From assembly GCA_964304625.1 (NCBI GenBank), contig OZ199839.1, forward strand, positions 8,604,221 to 8,668,220: DNA of 64,000 nt, written 5' to 3'. Origin of the DNA: Kudoa neothunni (Eukaryota > Animalia > Cnidaria). The notes under the pieces were generated by a model, which saw nothing but the letters and a program-made list of their open reading frames with translations, had not been told where the DNA came from and searched no databases. The stretch's first letter is position 1, and every line of letters begins with the position of its first letter. This document shows, one piece after another, positions 25,764 to 40,042 of the stretch. The position numbers were made by a program, and so were the translations under genes.

Positions 25764-27049
25764 AAGATTTGTGAGTCGGATTTATAGTTTTGTTACAAAA
25801 TGTTAGTGGTCAAACCGAATTAGTTTAGTTTTTCTTGTACATGTACTACTTATATAATGTGTTTTTTTTATCTGGTGATTAGAGGGGTTTATATCAAATT
25901 TCAGCCCAAATATTTTATGGGGATGGAAATTTAAATGTTTCATAACTTATTTATTATATATTTACACAAAATAAGTTCTAATTCGTCTCATTTATTAATA
26001 TACAAAATAAGCCACCTTCATTTAATAATTTGATTGAGCTCTCTGTTATCTAACAACCTGAGGATGGTAGGGAACTGTAAATAATTGTTTTATAATGACT
26101 TGATCCACACAAAATTTTTTTTGTATGAAACTTAAAATTTGAAGCTCATTAGAACGCAATAATAAAAAGGGATAGATTAAGAAAAACATTCGAAACAGAG
26201 GTTTTAATTAGGTAACAGTAGAAACGCTATAAATAACTATAAATATGAGTTAAAAGTTTGTAAGAATAAATTTTTCCTATGTTTAAAACTAAAAGCCGAT
26301 TAAGAGAACAATGATGTTGATCCTGGCATTCCTGTTGAAGTGCGTACTCCACGTAATGCATGTCAAAACCTAATACTTCAGTATTTGCGGTAAATGAAAT
26401 ACATATATTTTATAAAGAGGTTTTTAACGAGTTGTTTAATAAAATTTTTCATAGCTGTTATTCCATCAGATCGATGTAGCCCTTACCACATGAACATACT
26501 TAGACGACTGGCAAGAGATGCCGTTTGAATTTCGCGTATTCTTTTATAATTTTACCAGTAACATTTAAAATGGTTGGCGTGAATTACGATTATTAATTTT
26601 TTTTAAATTCCTGAAACGTTTGACCATATTATAAGTATTCGCTCTCTGAGGGTTAAACATAATGGATTGTCCATCCTTAGTACATTTTACTATGTTAATG
26701 TTAAATAATAGCATTTTTTATTGAATAATAAACGTCAAAGTTCGTTTTGCGGCTTTAACATTGTGTGGTCTCTCAATTCTTCTAATCCCGGTCCCATTCC
26801 GTTGTAAGTGTCAGCCTTTACAATGGGTTACACGCGATGCGGTATCACTCCGGGGACCGATAACTCGTGAGTATACTCAAATTTGAATAATCTTAAGATG
26901 TTATTGTAATATTTTACTTTATAAAAATTATGTAATTTCTACTTGTTTCTTACACTCTATGGATATTTTAAATAATTCTTCTTCTAATGCTTACGTTTAT
27001 TGATATGTAATAGAGATATTTTCGGTTAAAAAGTCTTTTATATATTCGA

Positions 27050-27340
27050 AGCTGTAGAGTTCACGAATCATCCCCATGAGCTCACGTTTTCAATTTCCCA
27101 TAAATAATCATTTTCCACTAACCATTTCCAATAACAAATAATTGCATAAATTTACAATTCCATCCACCAATCCTAAAAAACGCTCACTTTCCTATTTAAT
27201 AATCAAAATCCGATTCTCTAAAAACTGGTGAAAGAAATTACTCGAGTAACTTGCGCCAACCTCCAATTCTTGCCATGGGAATCGATTCCATCCCCGCTGT
27301 CCTAAAAATCTCATAAAGCGGTTGCGGCGTTAAAAATATC
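27050..27340 (-). repeat. Second copy of the 6730-7020 dispersed repeat
   Basis: The reverse complement aligns to 6730-7020; GCGGTTGCGGCGTTAAAA is at about 27318-27335. Confidence 0.7.
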
Positions 27341-28809
27341 GCATCATCTGTATGAGCGAACCTTTTATTAATTCCGAACTATTAGTTTTATTTTTCCTTG
27401 CTTTCTATGCGTTTTTTGTGCCCGGATACAACAGAAGCATTTAAATTGTTTTCGTGAATTAAATATTTCATCTTCAGTGACTTCTAAATAGGATCAGCCA
27501 ATGTTTCAGAGGTAACTGGGGAATGTTGTTATTTTCTCATCACTGGAGCTTCCATATTCATAAATTCTAAAATTTGCGCTTCATTAATATTTTTATGGTC
27601 GAAATTTGATTTTTTTAACTTAAGATCGATTTCTTAACTTTTAATATATTACTTTATAATAATTGGACCAAAATCGAATGATTATTCAGTTTTCATTGTA
27701 ATTCAAGCCATCATTATCATCAAAACTGTATCCAACCATTAAAAACAATGTGATATTATTTGCATTTTAACGACATTCCAAAATTTTTTTTCATAAGAAA
27801 TATACGATATTGAGAGTCTATTTATTTGATTACAATCGAAGTTTAAACAAAAAATGACTCCGATTATAATAAATGTTTTTGTGTATAAAAATATAAAGAT
27901 TGATAAACAGCCTGTTTCATCTGTTTTAACAAGGTATTTTATTCTTGGGAATGAATATTAATCCGGTGTGGACTAGTTCTAAAAATGGAAGACAGCTAGA
28001 ATGATTATAAATTTCGTTATTGTCATTTTTAAGTTATTTTTTTTAATTAAATTAAATAATCCCTAAATATCTCTGGATTAATATACTATCTCGCACTTTA
28101 AGAATTATGGGTTCGAGTTTACTATAAACTCTTCATTCATATTAGATGTTCATGTTGGATAATTACCAACGTTTCAATTTGATAATAAAAACTTAATTAT
28201 ATTTACGACGCACTTACAACACAGCTGCATGTCGTCGGTAAAGATGTAACTTCTCTCCACATAAGTTTTCACTTAAATCATACTTTTTTAATTTCTGTGT
28301 TACAATTAGTATGAGTTCAAATTTTATATGATTATATTTTCGAATATTTTTATGTTAGTTCTAATAATTTTGAAATAATATGTAATAAATTATTTCATAA
28401 TATTTATAAATAATAATTGGATGTTGCAGACAGAATATTGCTGTTTGTTAAAATTAATCCCCATCTAGGGTTTATATAATTTCTTAATAAATTGAAGTCT
28501 TCCATCTATCAACGAGTTCGATGTTAAACGATATTTTGTTACCATAAGAGTTTAATCTACATATATTAAAATTAACCATGTATCCTATAAAACCGACCCA
28601 AACTCACATCCTCGGCTTTTTACTTGATTTACATCCCAATTTAAGTATTTTTAAAAATAATTTTTAATGACCAAAAATAAAAAATGTTATATTATTCAAA
28701 TAATTTATTTGTACATTTTTCTATAAAATTCATAATTTGTTTCGTTTATTGTGTTTACTACTTTCACTTCAACCCATTTTAGCATTTGTAATTACCTTGA
28801 TAAGGAAAC

Positions 28810-29203
28810 TACCACATTACCTCGAAGATACGACTTCCGTTGAAAATAAGACCTAATGCAATTCTTAAGGTTGTATTTAATATAAGACCGATCTCGAAAA
28901 TAAGACGTAATGATATTTTGAGTGGGAATTTTAAATAAGACGTGATTTTGTTTCAGAATACTTTGGCAGTGGTTATTCGATAGGAATATAATTAAGGGTT
29001 GTAATTACAATGAAACTAAATAATTAAGTTTTCTATAAAGGTATTAACAATTTGTATTTATAAAATAACTCAATCTATATTTTAATATAGATAGTCACAT
29101 AGGAGCATAGTTATTTCGATTTAGTTTCATCAATATAAAACCTAGTAGTTATTTCTTGTGTAGACCTATTAAGACTGGGTCTTATTCTCAAGGAAATTGG
29201 GCA
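28810..29203. mobile_element. pogo/Tigger-type MITE
   Basis: Degenerate TIRs (TACCACATTACCTCGAAGATACGAC / GTCTTATTCTCAAGGAAATTGGGCA) and four internal ATAAGAC repeats at 28845-28942, typical of pogo-family ends. Confidence 0.6.
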
Positions 29204-29929
29204 TTTAAATAGATATGAAAACAACAAAATTTTGAGTGATGTAGCTATTATTTTTCTGTTGGCTCCAATTATTTTATTACATGGGATATTTTATTTTATA
29301 TATTAAAATCTTGACATTTTTTGTCAACGATACAAACAAAATAATAGTTACGCCAGGATTTTAGGGGTTGATCCCAATAAAAAATGCGCATTAACCATCA
29401 ATTTATGTGTATATTTGTGTAATTTAATGTATTTTGTCAGAAGATTATTTTTACTCGTGAAAAAATAAACTAAATTATGTGTATAAAAATTAACTTAGGT
29501 AATGTGTTCAACGAGTACTAAATTCTGTACGAAGTAGCATATGTACGCATTAGCTGTCATCCACTGTAAAGTCCTCGTAAACTATTGGGAACGTTGAAAT
29601 TCTTTTTCTTATTAAAAACTTCATAGGATTCGAATAATCCATTCAATTATGAGAATACACACAATAATTTATTTATCTCGTAACGCACGTAGGTGGGAAC
29701 GATATTTAACGCTGAAAAATTTCTGTTATATCGGTAATAAGTAAATTTCTTTTTTGTCTAACATAGTTAAACTAATTGTAAGAATATTTTTTCAACAGAA
29801 AATTGCTTATTTTATTGTGATAATATACTCATTATAAACACACATAAATATTTAACCATTATTAATACAGAGAACTTAAAAAGATCAAACTTAGATTTAT
29901 CTAAATTAGAAAAAATGGACCATTTATAG

Positions 29930-30380
29930 TTAATTGAAAATACAATCTAAACAGTAACAAAGGGCACAAAATCCTAAACAACCAGTCAACCATCCATTAT
30001 TTCCTCGCCGTTCCACAACTTTTTCTTTATAGTAAACTATAGTAAACAGATAAATGACTTTTAGCTGGCTATATTGTTCATTAACTACCTTTTGTTGGTT
30101 GCTGATTTGGGGGAGTGTACGCGGGAGGATTATGAGGATATGGTGGTCCACCATGATGTGGCTGTGAGGGTCCATAGATAGGTGCATGGGATTGTGGGTA
30201 TGGTTGTGCAGAATATGTGTTAGGAGGATAAGCATGTGAAGGTTGTGGCGGAGGTGGAGGTATTGGTGGATATGAGGGTTCACCATATGAGACCGGTGGA
30301 TGTTGAATTGGAGGGTCTATTCCTTGGGGATATTCATAGTTAGGATACGGTGGGCCGTAATTGTTATTTCCTGTATCCAT
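29930..30380 (-). CDS. CYSTM-like Pro/Tyr-rich tail-anchored protein, paralogue 3
   Basis: Exon 1 MDTGNNNYGPPYPNYEY...PPAYTPPNQQPTK; phase-1 intron; exon 2 VYYKEKVVERRGNNGWLTGCLGFCALCYCLDCIFN*, which closely follows the CYSTM pattern CL..LCCCC..D. Confidence 0.85.
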
Positions 30381-32222
30381 TCGTCACCTTGTCTAATAAT
30401 ACTAAGATTATCATTAGATGAAATTAAGTGATAAAACCGTTCTTTAATATTATCGGTTTAAGTCGCTCAAATCTTATATTATGATTAAATTGTAAATTTT
30501 TTAAATATTTTTAATACTTAAAACAAACTTGATTACTTTGCGGTGTAGGCGGTCACCTGAAGCAATACGAAAAATTATACCGACAATAAAAATCAATGCG
30601 TTACGTTTTATTAGCTCTTAACAAAAGATAATAAAACGACAGGTTTGGAATTAACTGCCATTAATGCTCTCAGAAAATTAATCTATAATTGGGTAAAACT
30701 GCAGAACGATGGCCCTAATGCTAATAAGCGGTAACGAACAAATTTGGTCGTGCAAACTGCGTTATTTTTGTTGTTTTTTAGTATTGATGCAATATGATCT
30801 CATATTGAATATTCTATTTGATATAAATGTTAGTTGTTGTAATCTATTTTATACCTCCTGGTCCCTCGCACTCATTTATACAGAGTATATCACTGAATCG
30901 CGTAAAACACCCTTTACATGTTCTAAAAGTTAAGTACGACTGATGATTTGGATGCATTATCACAATTTCTCCGTAGCGATTGCCTCTTATTAAATTTAGG
31001 AATCTATAAAAATAGGAACTTAATAATTTATAAAATCATTAGATATTCATTTGTAGATGATGTTTAACGTTAAAGCAACAAAAAAATATGGGCTAAAATC
31101 TACTCATATCTATTAGAAAGTGTTTAATTCATGTTACACAATTCTAATTCGTAATTTTGGGATTATTGATCGGTCTACCTATTATCTATAGTAGTTAAAT
31201 GCGGCCAGGATTCTGCAATTTTAGCGTAATTAATATTATTGAATGTATTAATCGCTAAATTCCCCCTTTTAAGTGATTGAAAATACGTTTTATTTTTTTT
31301 TTCTAAAATGAAAAATGATTTTCGTATTTTATAGGGAACGCCCTATGCTTTTCTGATAACTTCGGAAAAAACGTAACGTAATATTACATCTGGGAATTTG
31401 ACGATATATTAACACCATAAATTTCGTCAAGTAAATTTTTTCTTATAATTTTGTTAAGTGACTCTTTCGATTTATTATTATGAATATTAACTCAATAAAT
31501 AAGTTTAACTTTCTCTATGTACTCAACCTATTAATTTTTTTTTCGATTTTCCAGATATCCAAATAATGAATATGATTATTTATATAACGGAGAAAACCAC
31601 AAATTTTTGATGAAAATAGAAAGTCAAATATTTTGAAACTCCATAATCATAAATTTATAAAAAAGAAGTGTTAATTCTCCCCACTTATTATGGTGTTTTA
31701 AGAGCTTTAACAACACAGTTTATAACTTTAATTATGCGTTTTAGGCTTGCTGCATTAGTTGATAAAAAATAATCAGATGTTTTATAACAAGTTGAGATTA
31801 AACAATTTAATTTTTATAAAATTAATTTTTATTAACATCCAACCTATAAGAAAATAAATAATACCACTCTAACAGAACATAATTTTTTTAATATTTTTAC
31901 TAATTTTATGGTATTAGTCCTATTGTGGAGGAAGGAGAAGTTTAATTATTGTTTTTTGCGATTTCGACCCATCGTTTAATCATAAAAAATTTTAAGTTCA
32001 ACCGAAATAAAGTTAAATTTGAATTAAAAATTTTTTATAAAATTAGACATTCCTTCATGAAAAATGTTGAGTGTTAATTATATTTCTACTTAGCTGCAGC
32101 GTATGAATTTTCCAAATTCATAACAGCGATGCTTCAACAATTATTCACTCGATGATAAGATACAAAATAAATCTAGAAGTAATACGATATTAAAAACACT
32201 TATTTTTGAGTTGTTATTGAAT

Positions 32223-33964
32223 ATGTCGAAATTTAAAGTACGCGTGTTTGAACTTGTCTCCCTAGCGTGTTAAATCCGTTGACATTGAAGATAGGGAAAG
32301 AAAAGTTGATTCCGAAAAGAGAACTTTCAAAGAAGATTGGACAATAAAATACTTTATTGTTAAGAATTTTGATAGATGTCTGTGTTTGATTTGCCAAGAA
32401 AGTGTCGCAGTCAAAAACATTACTAATATTAAAAGACACTATGAAACTCATCATAGTCGTCACGACGGATTTACAGAATTAAAAGAGAAAAAGAAATAGG
32501 ATGCATACAAAAAATTTGACATAACAATCATCATTTTTTACAAATCAAGTTGAAAATAATTGTAAAATTCCTTTGGCTAGTTATGAAATATCAAATTTGA
32601 TCGCGGAAAGGATAAAACATTTTATTGATTGGAATTTTTCAAATATATTCTATTAAAGTTTCTGAAATAATGTGCCCTGAGAAAAAAAAATTGTTCTCCG
32701 AAATCAGTCTATCAGGAAGAACTGTTGCGAGACGTATCGAGGATATAGCAGGAACTGTAGGAACTAACCTTATAAATGTTTTCGAATGGCTTGAATATTT
32801 TTCCATTGCTATCGATGAAATTACCGATATGATGGATACCACACAACTTGCAGTTTTTGTGAGGGATGTAACATCACAATTGGACCTTGTTGAAGAATTT
32901 GCGATAATGATTCAATGAAAAGCACCACGGCAGGAAAGAATATATTCAATTGTATTATGAAATGAAACTTAACATATCAAAATTAATTAGGGTTACAACG
33001 GATGGAGCACCAGCAATGGTGGATGAAAAAATGGTTTTGTTGCCTGGCTAGATAATTATATTGGTAATAATAGAAGTCCTGTTAAACTACATTGTATTCT
33101 TCACCAAGACACACTTTTCGCCAAATCATTACCCCCTAAACAAGTTATGACGTCTGTTATAAAATCTGTAAATTTAAAGAATTTTTGAATGACTTGGAAA
33201 CTGAATACGGAGATCTGACATACTTTTCCATTATTAGATGGCTAAATTGTGGAAACATATTACAAAGAGTGTATGTTCCGAGAAATGAGATTTCCGATTT
33301 TCTAGCAGCTAAAAATCAAGACAACTCTTGTTTCAAGATCCACAGTGGATTGCTAAATTGGCATTTTTGACTGATATTTCCAAACACATTAATAACTTAA
33401 ACCTCGAGCTCCAAGGAAAAAACAAACTAGCGTCCGACATGTTTTATCATATCACCTCCTTTGAAAGATAACCACAACTTTGGGAAAATCAGCTTCAAAG
33501 GGGGTAATTATTCTCATTTTCCTAACCTACAAAATCATAAAAACAATTTACAAGATGATTTTTTTTCAGCCAGTGTTACTGATTTAAAGGATGAATTTTC
33601 TTCTTAGGTTCACGACTTTGGAAATTACAGACGTAATTTTGAACTTTTCAATACCTCGTATGGAATCGACGTAGAATAAACAGATAAAAGGTATCAATTA
33701 GAAATAATTGACCTGCAATCGGATAAAGATCTAAAGTCGAAATTTTTGGGTGTGTCTACTATAAACCTTTACAAAAACTATCTATTACTGACTGGAAAAT
33801 AAAAGAATTTATTAGAAAACTCGAGATTAAAATATATCAAAAGTACGTCGCGGAGTAGGTTACGTGATGAGCATCTCGATAACATCTTGTTGCTCTCCAC
33901 AACAAAGTTGGATATTTCCATCTCTGGAGTAGCGAAGAAGACAAAAAAACAAATTTCTCATTAA
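32223..33964 (+). mobile_element. Decayed hAT transposase (GTF2IRD2/SPIN-like)
   Basis: Motifs RKVDSEKRTFKEDWTIKYF..CLICQE..NIKRHYETHH, ISLSGRTVARRIED, FSIAIDE.TD..DTTQLAVFVR, TTDGAPAM, HCILHQ, RWL..G, LNLELQGK and terminal RSRLRDEHL...QISH*; many stops and frameshifts. Confidence 0.92.
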
Positions 33965-36261
33965 TTATTGTATATCCATTTTACGAATAACTTAAGAAAA
34001 TTAGTTTATTTTTCTCGCGACGCGCTGAAACGAAATAATTTTGAATATTGCAATGTGAATGTCTTAAGTCAGTATCCAATTGCGTTGTAAAAAATTCATT
34101 ACAGCTAAATAATTTATATATATTCTGACCCGGCTACCCATTCGGATTGCCGATCCCCGTCTTAAAGCAAAGGACGGAACTTGGAAAAATTCCATGCGAA
34201 ATGGTGAGATACCTTCAGTCCTAAAAAATTTAGCTTTTTTTACATCTCGCAATAAAATTTCACATAAACAAACAACTCATTTTTAAGCTTTAACATCTAT
34301 GCCAGTTTTTCGAAAAATCTGAAAATTTAAAACCAATGTAATAATTCGTCTATTTTTATCAAACACATGCTTAATCCACGATACCATTCATAATGGGAAA
34401 GCATGAGTTATTTGACATAATAACACTCCAGACCTACGAGGAACAAAAATGATATGCGCTTACAAGTATTTTCCGCAATCGTTTACAACCGCCTCAGAGG
34501 GAACATGGATTACGAGGTTCCAAAGATTTCCACTAAGCATACTTTTGAAATAACTCAAATTCATTCAAAGTTGAATTTTTGTGATTGATGCCCTTATTAA
34601 CAATGTAATCATCTATTAAATTCAAATTATCTGACATAACTTTCAAGAAAAAATTTTATTTAAATCAATCTCAGGTTAAACTATTTTCTGATAAATGAGA
34701 TAGGTAACACCAACTTAAACCGCGTTCTTCTCTAGTTAATCTTTATTTAATCAGTCAAATACATCAAATAATATCGGGTTTTATCATAGTATAACGTAAG
34801 TATTTCCATTTACTCGATATTTTGCAAAATTTCAGAATATTCAGTGTTAAATAATAATATCATTACGTCTATTTTATTTTAAAAATGTTAAATTAAAACG
34901 TTATACGATAATAAGTTTAGATCCATACAAAAGACACATATATTTAAAAAAATAATTATTAATGTTAGTTGATATTTTTGAGAATAACTTTAGCGCTTAA
35001 ATGAAAGATACTTAAAGTATGAATTAGATACGAGACCGACGTATATTAAAACAATTAGAAGGTCAAACTGGGACCCCGAAACTCCTTGCACTGTCCCGGG
35101 TGATTAAATATGTTAATCGAATCATTTGGCGAGTTTGTTTTTAAAATCGATGCTATACTTATACACACAAAAAAGAGTGTGTCATTTAAATCTTCGAAAT
35201 TTTGGTCGAGGTTTTCACTTGAATAAATTATCTTATGGAGTATATTTTACTTTACAATTATTATCTTACTCTTTAATTTTTTATTTTTTGTTATAATTTC
35301 TGGTTACCATCAAATCGCTGTTTCTATTTTCAATTCAAAATAAACAAATAATCGCCTAAGATAAAATTAGACTATCACATTTTCTAGAATATAATTCATT
35401 ATCTAAGCATTAATTATCACCAAATATTCATCTACATTTTTTGAAGCCACTCTTAGTTACTAACGAGAAGGATTCATATGAAGAACTGAGTTCATGCATT
35501 ACAGTAAGTTTGCACAATTTTGTGTCTTATTTTAATCCCCAAAGATTAAAGTATTAAATAATAATTTTTCAGTAATACAGATAAATCAATTTAGGAATTG
35601 ATATGAAATTTCGATAAAAAAACTCCACTCATAATTCTCATTTAGTGCTTTTCCGCGCGAATAGGCTCGTAGAGTCCTGGGTTATCGGTTAAGACTCATA
35701 TAATTCATATTATTAGCATCTTTTAATACATTCTGTTTCCTTCAATATTGTTATAATAAGTAAATATGATACATATCTTCTTAAATTAATATTATAAAGA
35801 GTGTATCTATGCGAATAAGTTAACCTGCATATTCAAAAATGATTTGATAACTGATCACTATAAATTATATTCAAAATTATTTCTGTAATTAATTTATAAT
35901 AACCATTCATACTTTAATGACCATGTAATGAATTAAAAAATATTTTAGCCGTTTTCATTAATTTTTGTGGTAATTTTTAACTAACGATTTATGTACTTAA
36001 AAGGAAATTACATTTTCGTGTAAATGCGACTGATTATCTGACAATGAAAATCACGTGGAATTTAAAATTTTATTTTTTAATTGTGAAATGATAAAAATTT
36101 TAAACCTACTAGGCAGTTTTAGACGTGATAATAGTTGAATCTATATATTAATAAGTTTCAAGTATTTCTAACATTTTATTGCAATAAAAACATTTGAGAA
36201 TTACAAAAATAAGTAATTTCTAAACTAAAAAAAATTTTATTCTATTAAAGTATGACCAAAA

Positions 36262-38316
36262 TTAGATAAAATCATTTTGATGTTTCACGAAGACACGGGA
36301 TCTTTTCCGCGATCTATGGTAAACAAAACCTCCAGCAATCAGAGCTATAAGTGCCACCGCTACAATCACACTAGACACCGCAGTTACCTCTGTTTGACTC
36401 ATTCCGTTATTCACTTGTATTGTTGGAGTTGCAGAGGTTTGATCGTGATCAGCAGCGTCCTTCTGGTGGGTTTCTTTATTTGGGCCTAAATTATGATGGG
36501 TTGTTTCTTTATTTGGGCCTACATTATGATGGGTTATTTCTTTATTTGGGCCTATATTATGACGGGTTGTTTCCTTCTTTTTAGGGATAGTATTTTTAGG
36601 ATTGTTTCCTTCTGGTGGTGGAGTTAAAACATTTTCAATGTTTGGCTCTTCTTCTCTCGTTATTTCTCCGTCATCGTTTGTGATCAGATCTGGAACCGCT
36701 TCTAGTTTTGGAATATGTTCTACCACGTTTATTTCAGGAACTGCTTTAGATTTATGTGATTTGAATTGATCTTCCAATTTTTTGCCATTTTCCACCAACC
36801 GATTATAATATGTATTGACACGAAATAGATGACCATGAGTATCAGTTAATATTTTTTCGATTAGATTCTTTTTTTGTGTGAAAAGTTCTACATAATTTGT
36901 AATATCTCCTGAATCTGTATCAGCCGAATAATCCCAAGAAGATTTAATGTAAGCTGTCAATTTTAGTAAACTGTGATGCTTATTTTCATGAGTGAGCTTG
37001 TTTTCTATGTCTGTAATAACTTCAAGCACTTCAACGGTTAATTCCATATTTTTGATAGCAGTGTTTATTTTGTTAAGAATTTCAGTATGCTTTGATTTGA
37101 TCTCTATAATGAGATTATCCAACTGTTCAACTACTTGTTTCATATTGTTTGTATCGCCTTCCACATTCAGTTTGTCTTTTAAATGTTGATTCAACGAGGT
37201 AATAATAATTTTGAGCACTCCTTGGTTTTCCGAAGAAAATTGAATAAGTTGTTCGGATACTTTGGCAATTAGTTCTTCAATCGTGCTAGTTTCCTTTTCA
37301 ACTGTAACATGTAAATTATCAACACTCCGAATGTAATCCATTATTCTATTCATCTCATTATCGATTTTCGAGATATGAACTCTTGCTATATCATTTTTCC
37401 AAGCTTCATACATTTTGATTTTCCCCTTCAACTCTTGGATAGATCTTTGCACAACGCCGCGAACATTAGTCATTGCGTTAACTATCTCATTGTACTTTAA
37501 ATACGTCTTAGAAATTATAGGATCCGCTTGGGGAATATTTTTTGTTTCATCACACACATTTTGAATCTGTTTTATAATATGAGTTATATCAGTGAACAGG
37601 CCAATAAGTTTGTTTGTTTGTTTGTTAGGTTGAAACTACTGACAATATTTCTATAACCGAGATAGTCATTTTTATGATTGCCGTCACATATTGTTATCGC
37701 TTGTTTGATAGAATTGAAATATTTTTTCATTTCATTTTTCTTGTCACTCAAATCATTTGTAGAGAGCATAGCATTTCGTATTTTGTCCATGAAATTTTTG
37801 TTGTCGGTTTTCAATTTGTCCCAAGCAGTTTTGGAAGTAGGAGCATCCAAAATTAATTGATCAAGTTCATTATAATAATCGTTTAATACATTTTTGATAA
37901 CTGGAATATTTTCAGTGACAAACTGTGAATTTTTCAAAAATTTGAAAGTTGAGGTAATTTGTAAGAAGAAGTTTGTTGGTTTGGGGAAAATGGTGTTAGG
38001 GTTGATCAACGTTTTCTCTATTGGTCCGTGTAATTCACTTATTTTGCAAAGTCTACTCTCCTCTGCGTCATAATTGTAATCACTTTCTTTGTATTGGTCA
38101 AAAGGGATATTTTTATTTTTCACACATTTGATTTCATGCATTGTGGTATAATCAACGTTATTTTTTACATTGAAGTTGTGTTGATTTCGAAACGAATCAT
38201 CCACAAAGTGTCTAACATTGAGAGCCAAGCATCCGACTGTATATTTAAATATAATATTTACAATAAAATACGTAATTATTACCAGACAAAAGTAGCGCTA
38301 GTTGTAATGTAATCAT
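36262..38316 (-). CDS. Type I membrane protein: signal peptide, long helical/coiled-coil ectodomain, 11-aa repeat stalk, TM and basic tail; frame break at about 37570-37645
   Basis: ATG 38316 MITLQLALLLS joins through a phase-1 intron to VGCLALNVRHF (signal peptide). ORFs are 37584-38228 and 36262-37557. The stalk has (K/N)KE(T/I)T(R/H)HN(I/V/L)GP x3, followed by TM VSSVIVAVALIALIAGGFVY and HRSRKRSR. Confidence 0.8.
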
Positions 38317-38849
38317 CTTAGTTTCGCCAACTTTCGATTAGATATAATTATATTTAATTGATTGTTCAAACTGATATAATGACTATAATTATTTAATGTT
38401 AGCATCCATCATTGGTATAATTTAGTAAGAAACTTAGAAATAGCCATATTCGGTTAAATTTTCTAATTATTTAGATAATATAATTAAACAAATATAGGTA
38501 GCGAATAAAGAACGTTTAAACTAAACCGAACCTGGCGTTGTCCCAAATAACGTGAAGTAATCATCCCTGCTTATTGATAATTGATACCACTCAATATGTT
38601 TAATTTTAATTCATTATTTATGCGTTTTCTTCAGTTTGTTTTGAATAAAAGTTTATCTTTCTCGTAAAAACTTTATTATACTTTTAATGGGAGATGAATA
38701 TTTTTATTCTATTTAATGGATTCAATAAATCTTAATATACAAGCTAAATTATTTTACACATAATCCATATCATATATTATGTTGAAGCTAATTATATGTG
38801 GTTTATTTAAATAAATTTATTAAAACACTTTTTTACATTGTGAAGCTAA

Positions 38850-39910
38850 CCTTCCCTGTACTAACTTACGAAACAAAACGCGTGTGTCTGACTGGGATAT
38901 TTCTCAACCCCGAACGAAATATGCTTTAAACTTCTTTAATTTGTCTCAATTTTATATATTGTAAAAAATACACCTAGCTTAACAATTATATAGCAAATAT
39001 ACAGCGGATTGCTATGTCTGGAGTTATTTACATGAATTTAATTATCAGCAACATTATTGGTATAATTTTATACTAAAAGAACAAAGGTATATTTTACACT
39101 CCCTAAACAATCGATAATATTGATTTTCAACATCAAATACGATGAATATTTATGCAGTAAACTCCAGATAAATCCATTGGTTTGTAGACATTTCCTCGGT
39201 AATAGTCGGTGATATAATAAAATTTAGGATTAGTGTTATTATCAAGTGAAACGATATTCAACGAAACGAAAATGCATATAATATTTCATTATGGTAATTC
39301 TTTTCAGATAGATGTAATGAATTGTAGCGGAAGAGGTTCAAATCTGCGATCCATAGCTTAAATGGCGGTGGCGCCATACCACCGTGTTGTTAATCGCGCA
39401 TTAGTTGACTTTGGTTACAACTCTTATACCAGCAGTTAAGGAGTTTTTTAAATCTTTGAATTGCCGTAAGTACTCATATTAAACTCCTAGAAAAATAAAA
39501 AATTTTGTTACTCCAATATGCTAAAGCGAAAATAAATGGAATAATTAATCGGATTAATTATCGTTAATCTATTGTGGATTATATTCAAAAATAAATATTG
39601 CTTTTCACGGTTCGCGTTTTTGTTTGGATCAAAAATTTTGATTCCAATGAGAGAAAATCATATTTATAATCAATATGTGAGGTTTAGAAAATTATACAAC
39701 AAATATTAAATGAAATTTGAAAAACTATATCTTATTTTAGGCATAAATTTCTAGCCGATAAAATATAAATTTTATTTTCAGATAAAAACGCTCTTAATAT
39801 ATAGGAACTTGAGAATTTTCAAAGTAAATAACCAAATATACATCAATGTAGAAACAAAATAGTTAATTTCGGGTCTTGAAATATCCCAGTCTGTACCAGT
39901 ATGGGCAGGG
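38850..39910. mobile_element. Non-autonomous piggyBac-type element
   Basis: Left end CTAA|CCTTCCCTGTACT...GACTGGGATATTTC; right end GAAATATCCCAGTC...AGTATGGGCAGGG|TTAA. These are degenerate terminal and perfect 14-bp subterminal inverted repeats with asymmetric spacers. Confidence 0.7.
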
Positions 39911-40042
39911 TTAATATAATCTATGTATAGGATAAGATAATGCTAATAAATATTTTGATTCAAAATTAATTTTAGTTCTAACATAATTGGACCAAAAATA
40001 TGAAAAATCACTTATTTAAAATCAGCACTTTTTCCTATAAAG

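Noticed and set aside
39320-39410. tRNA-like or 5S-like fragment (GCCATACCACC; B-box-like sequence)
   Set aside because: Only about 11 nt resemble the 5S start and no cloverleaf can be formed; at most a decayed SINE head.
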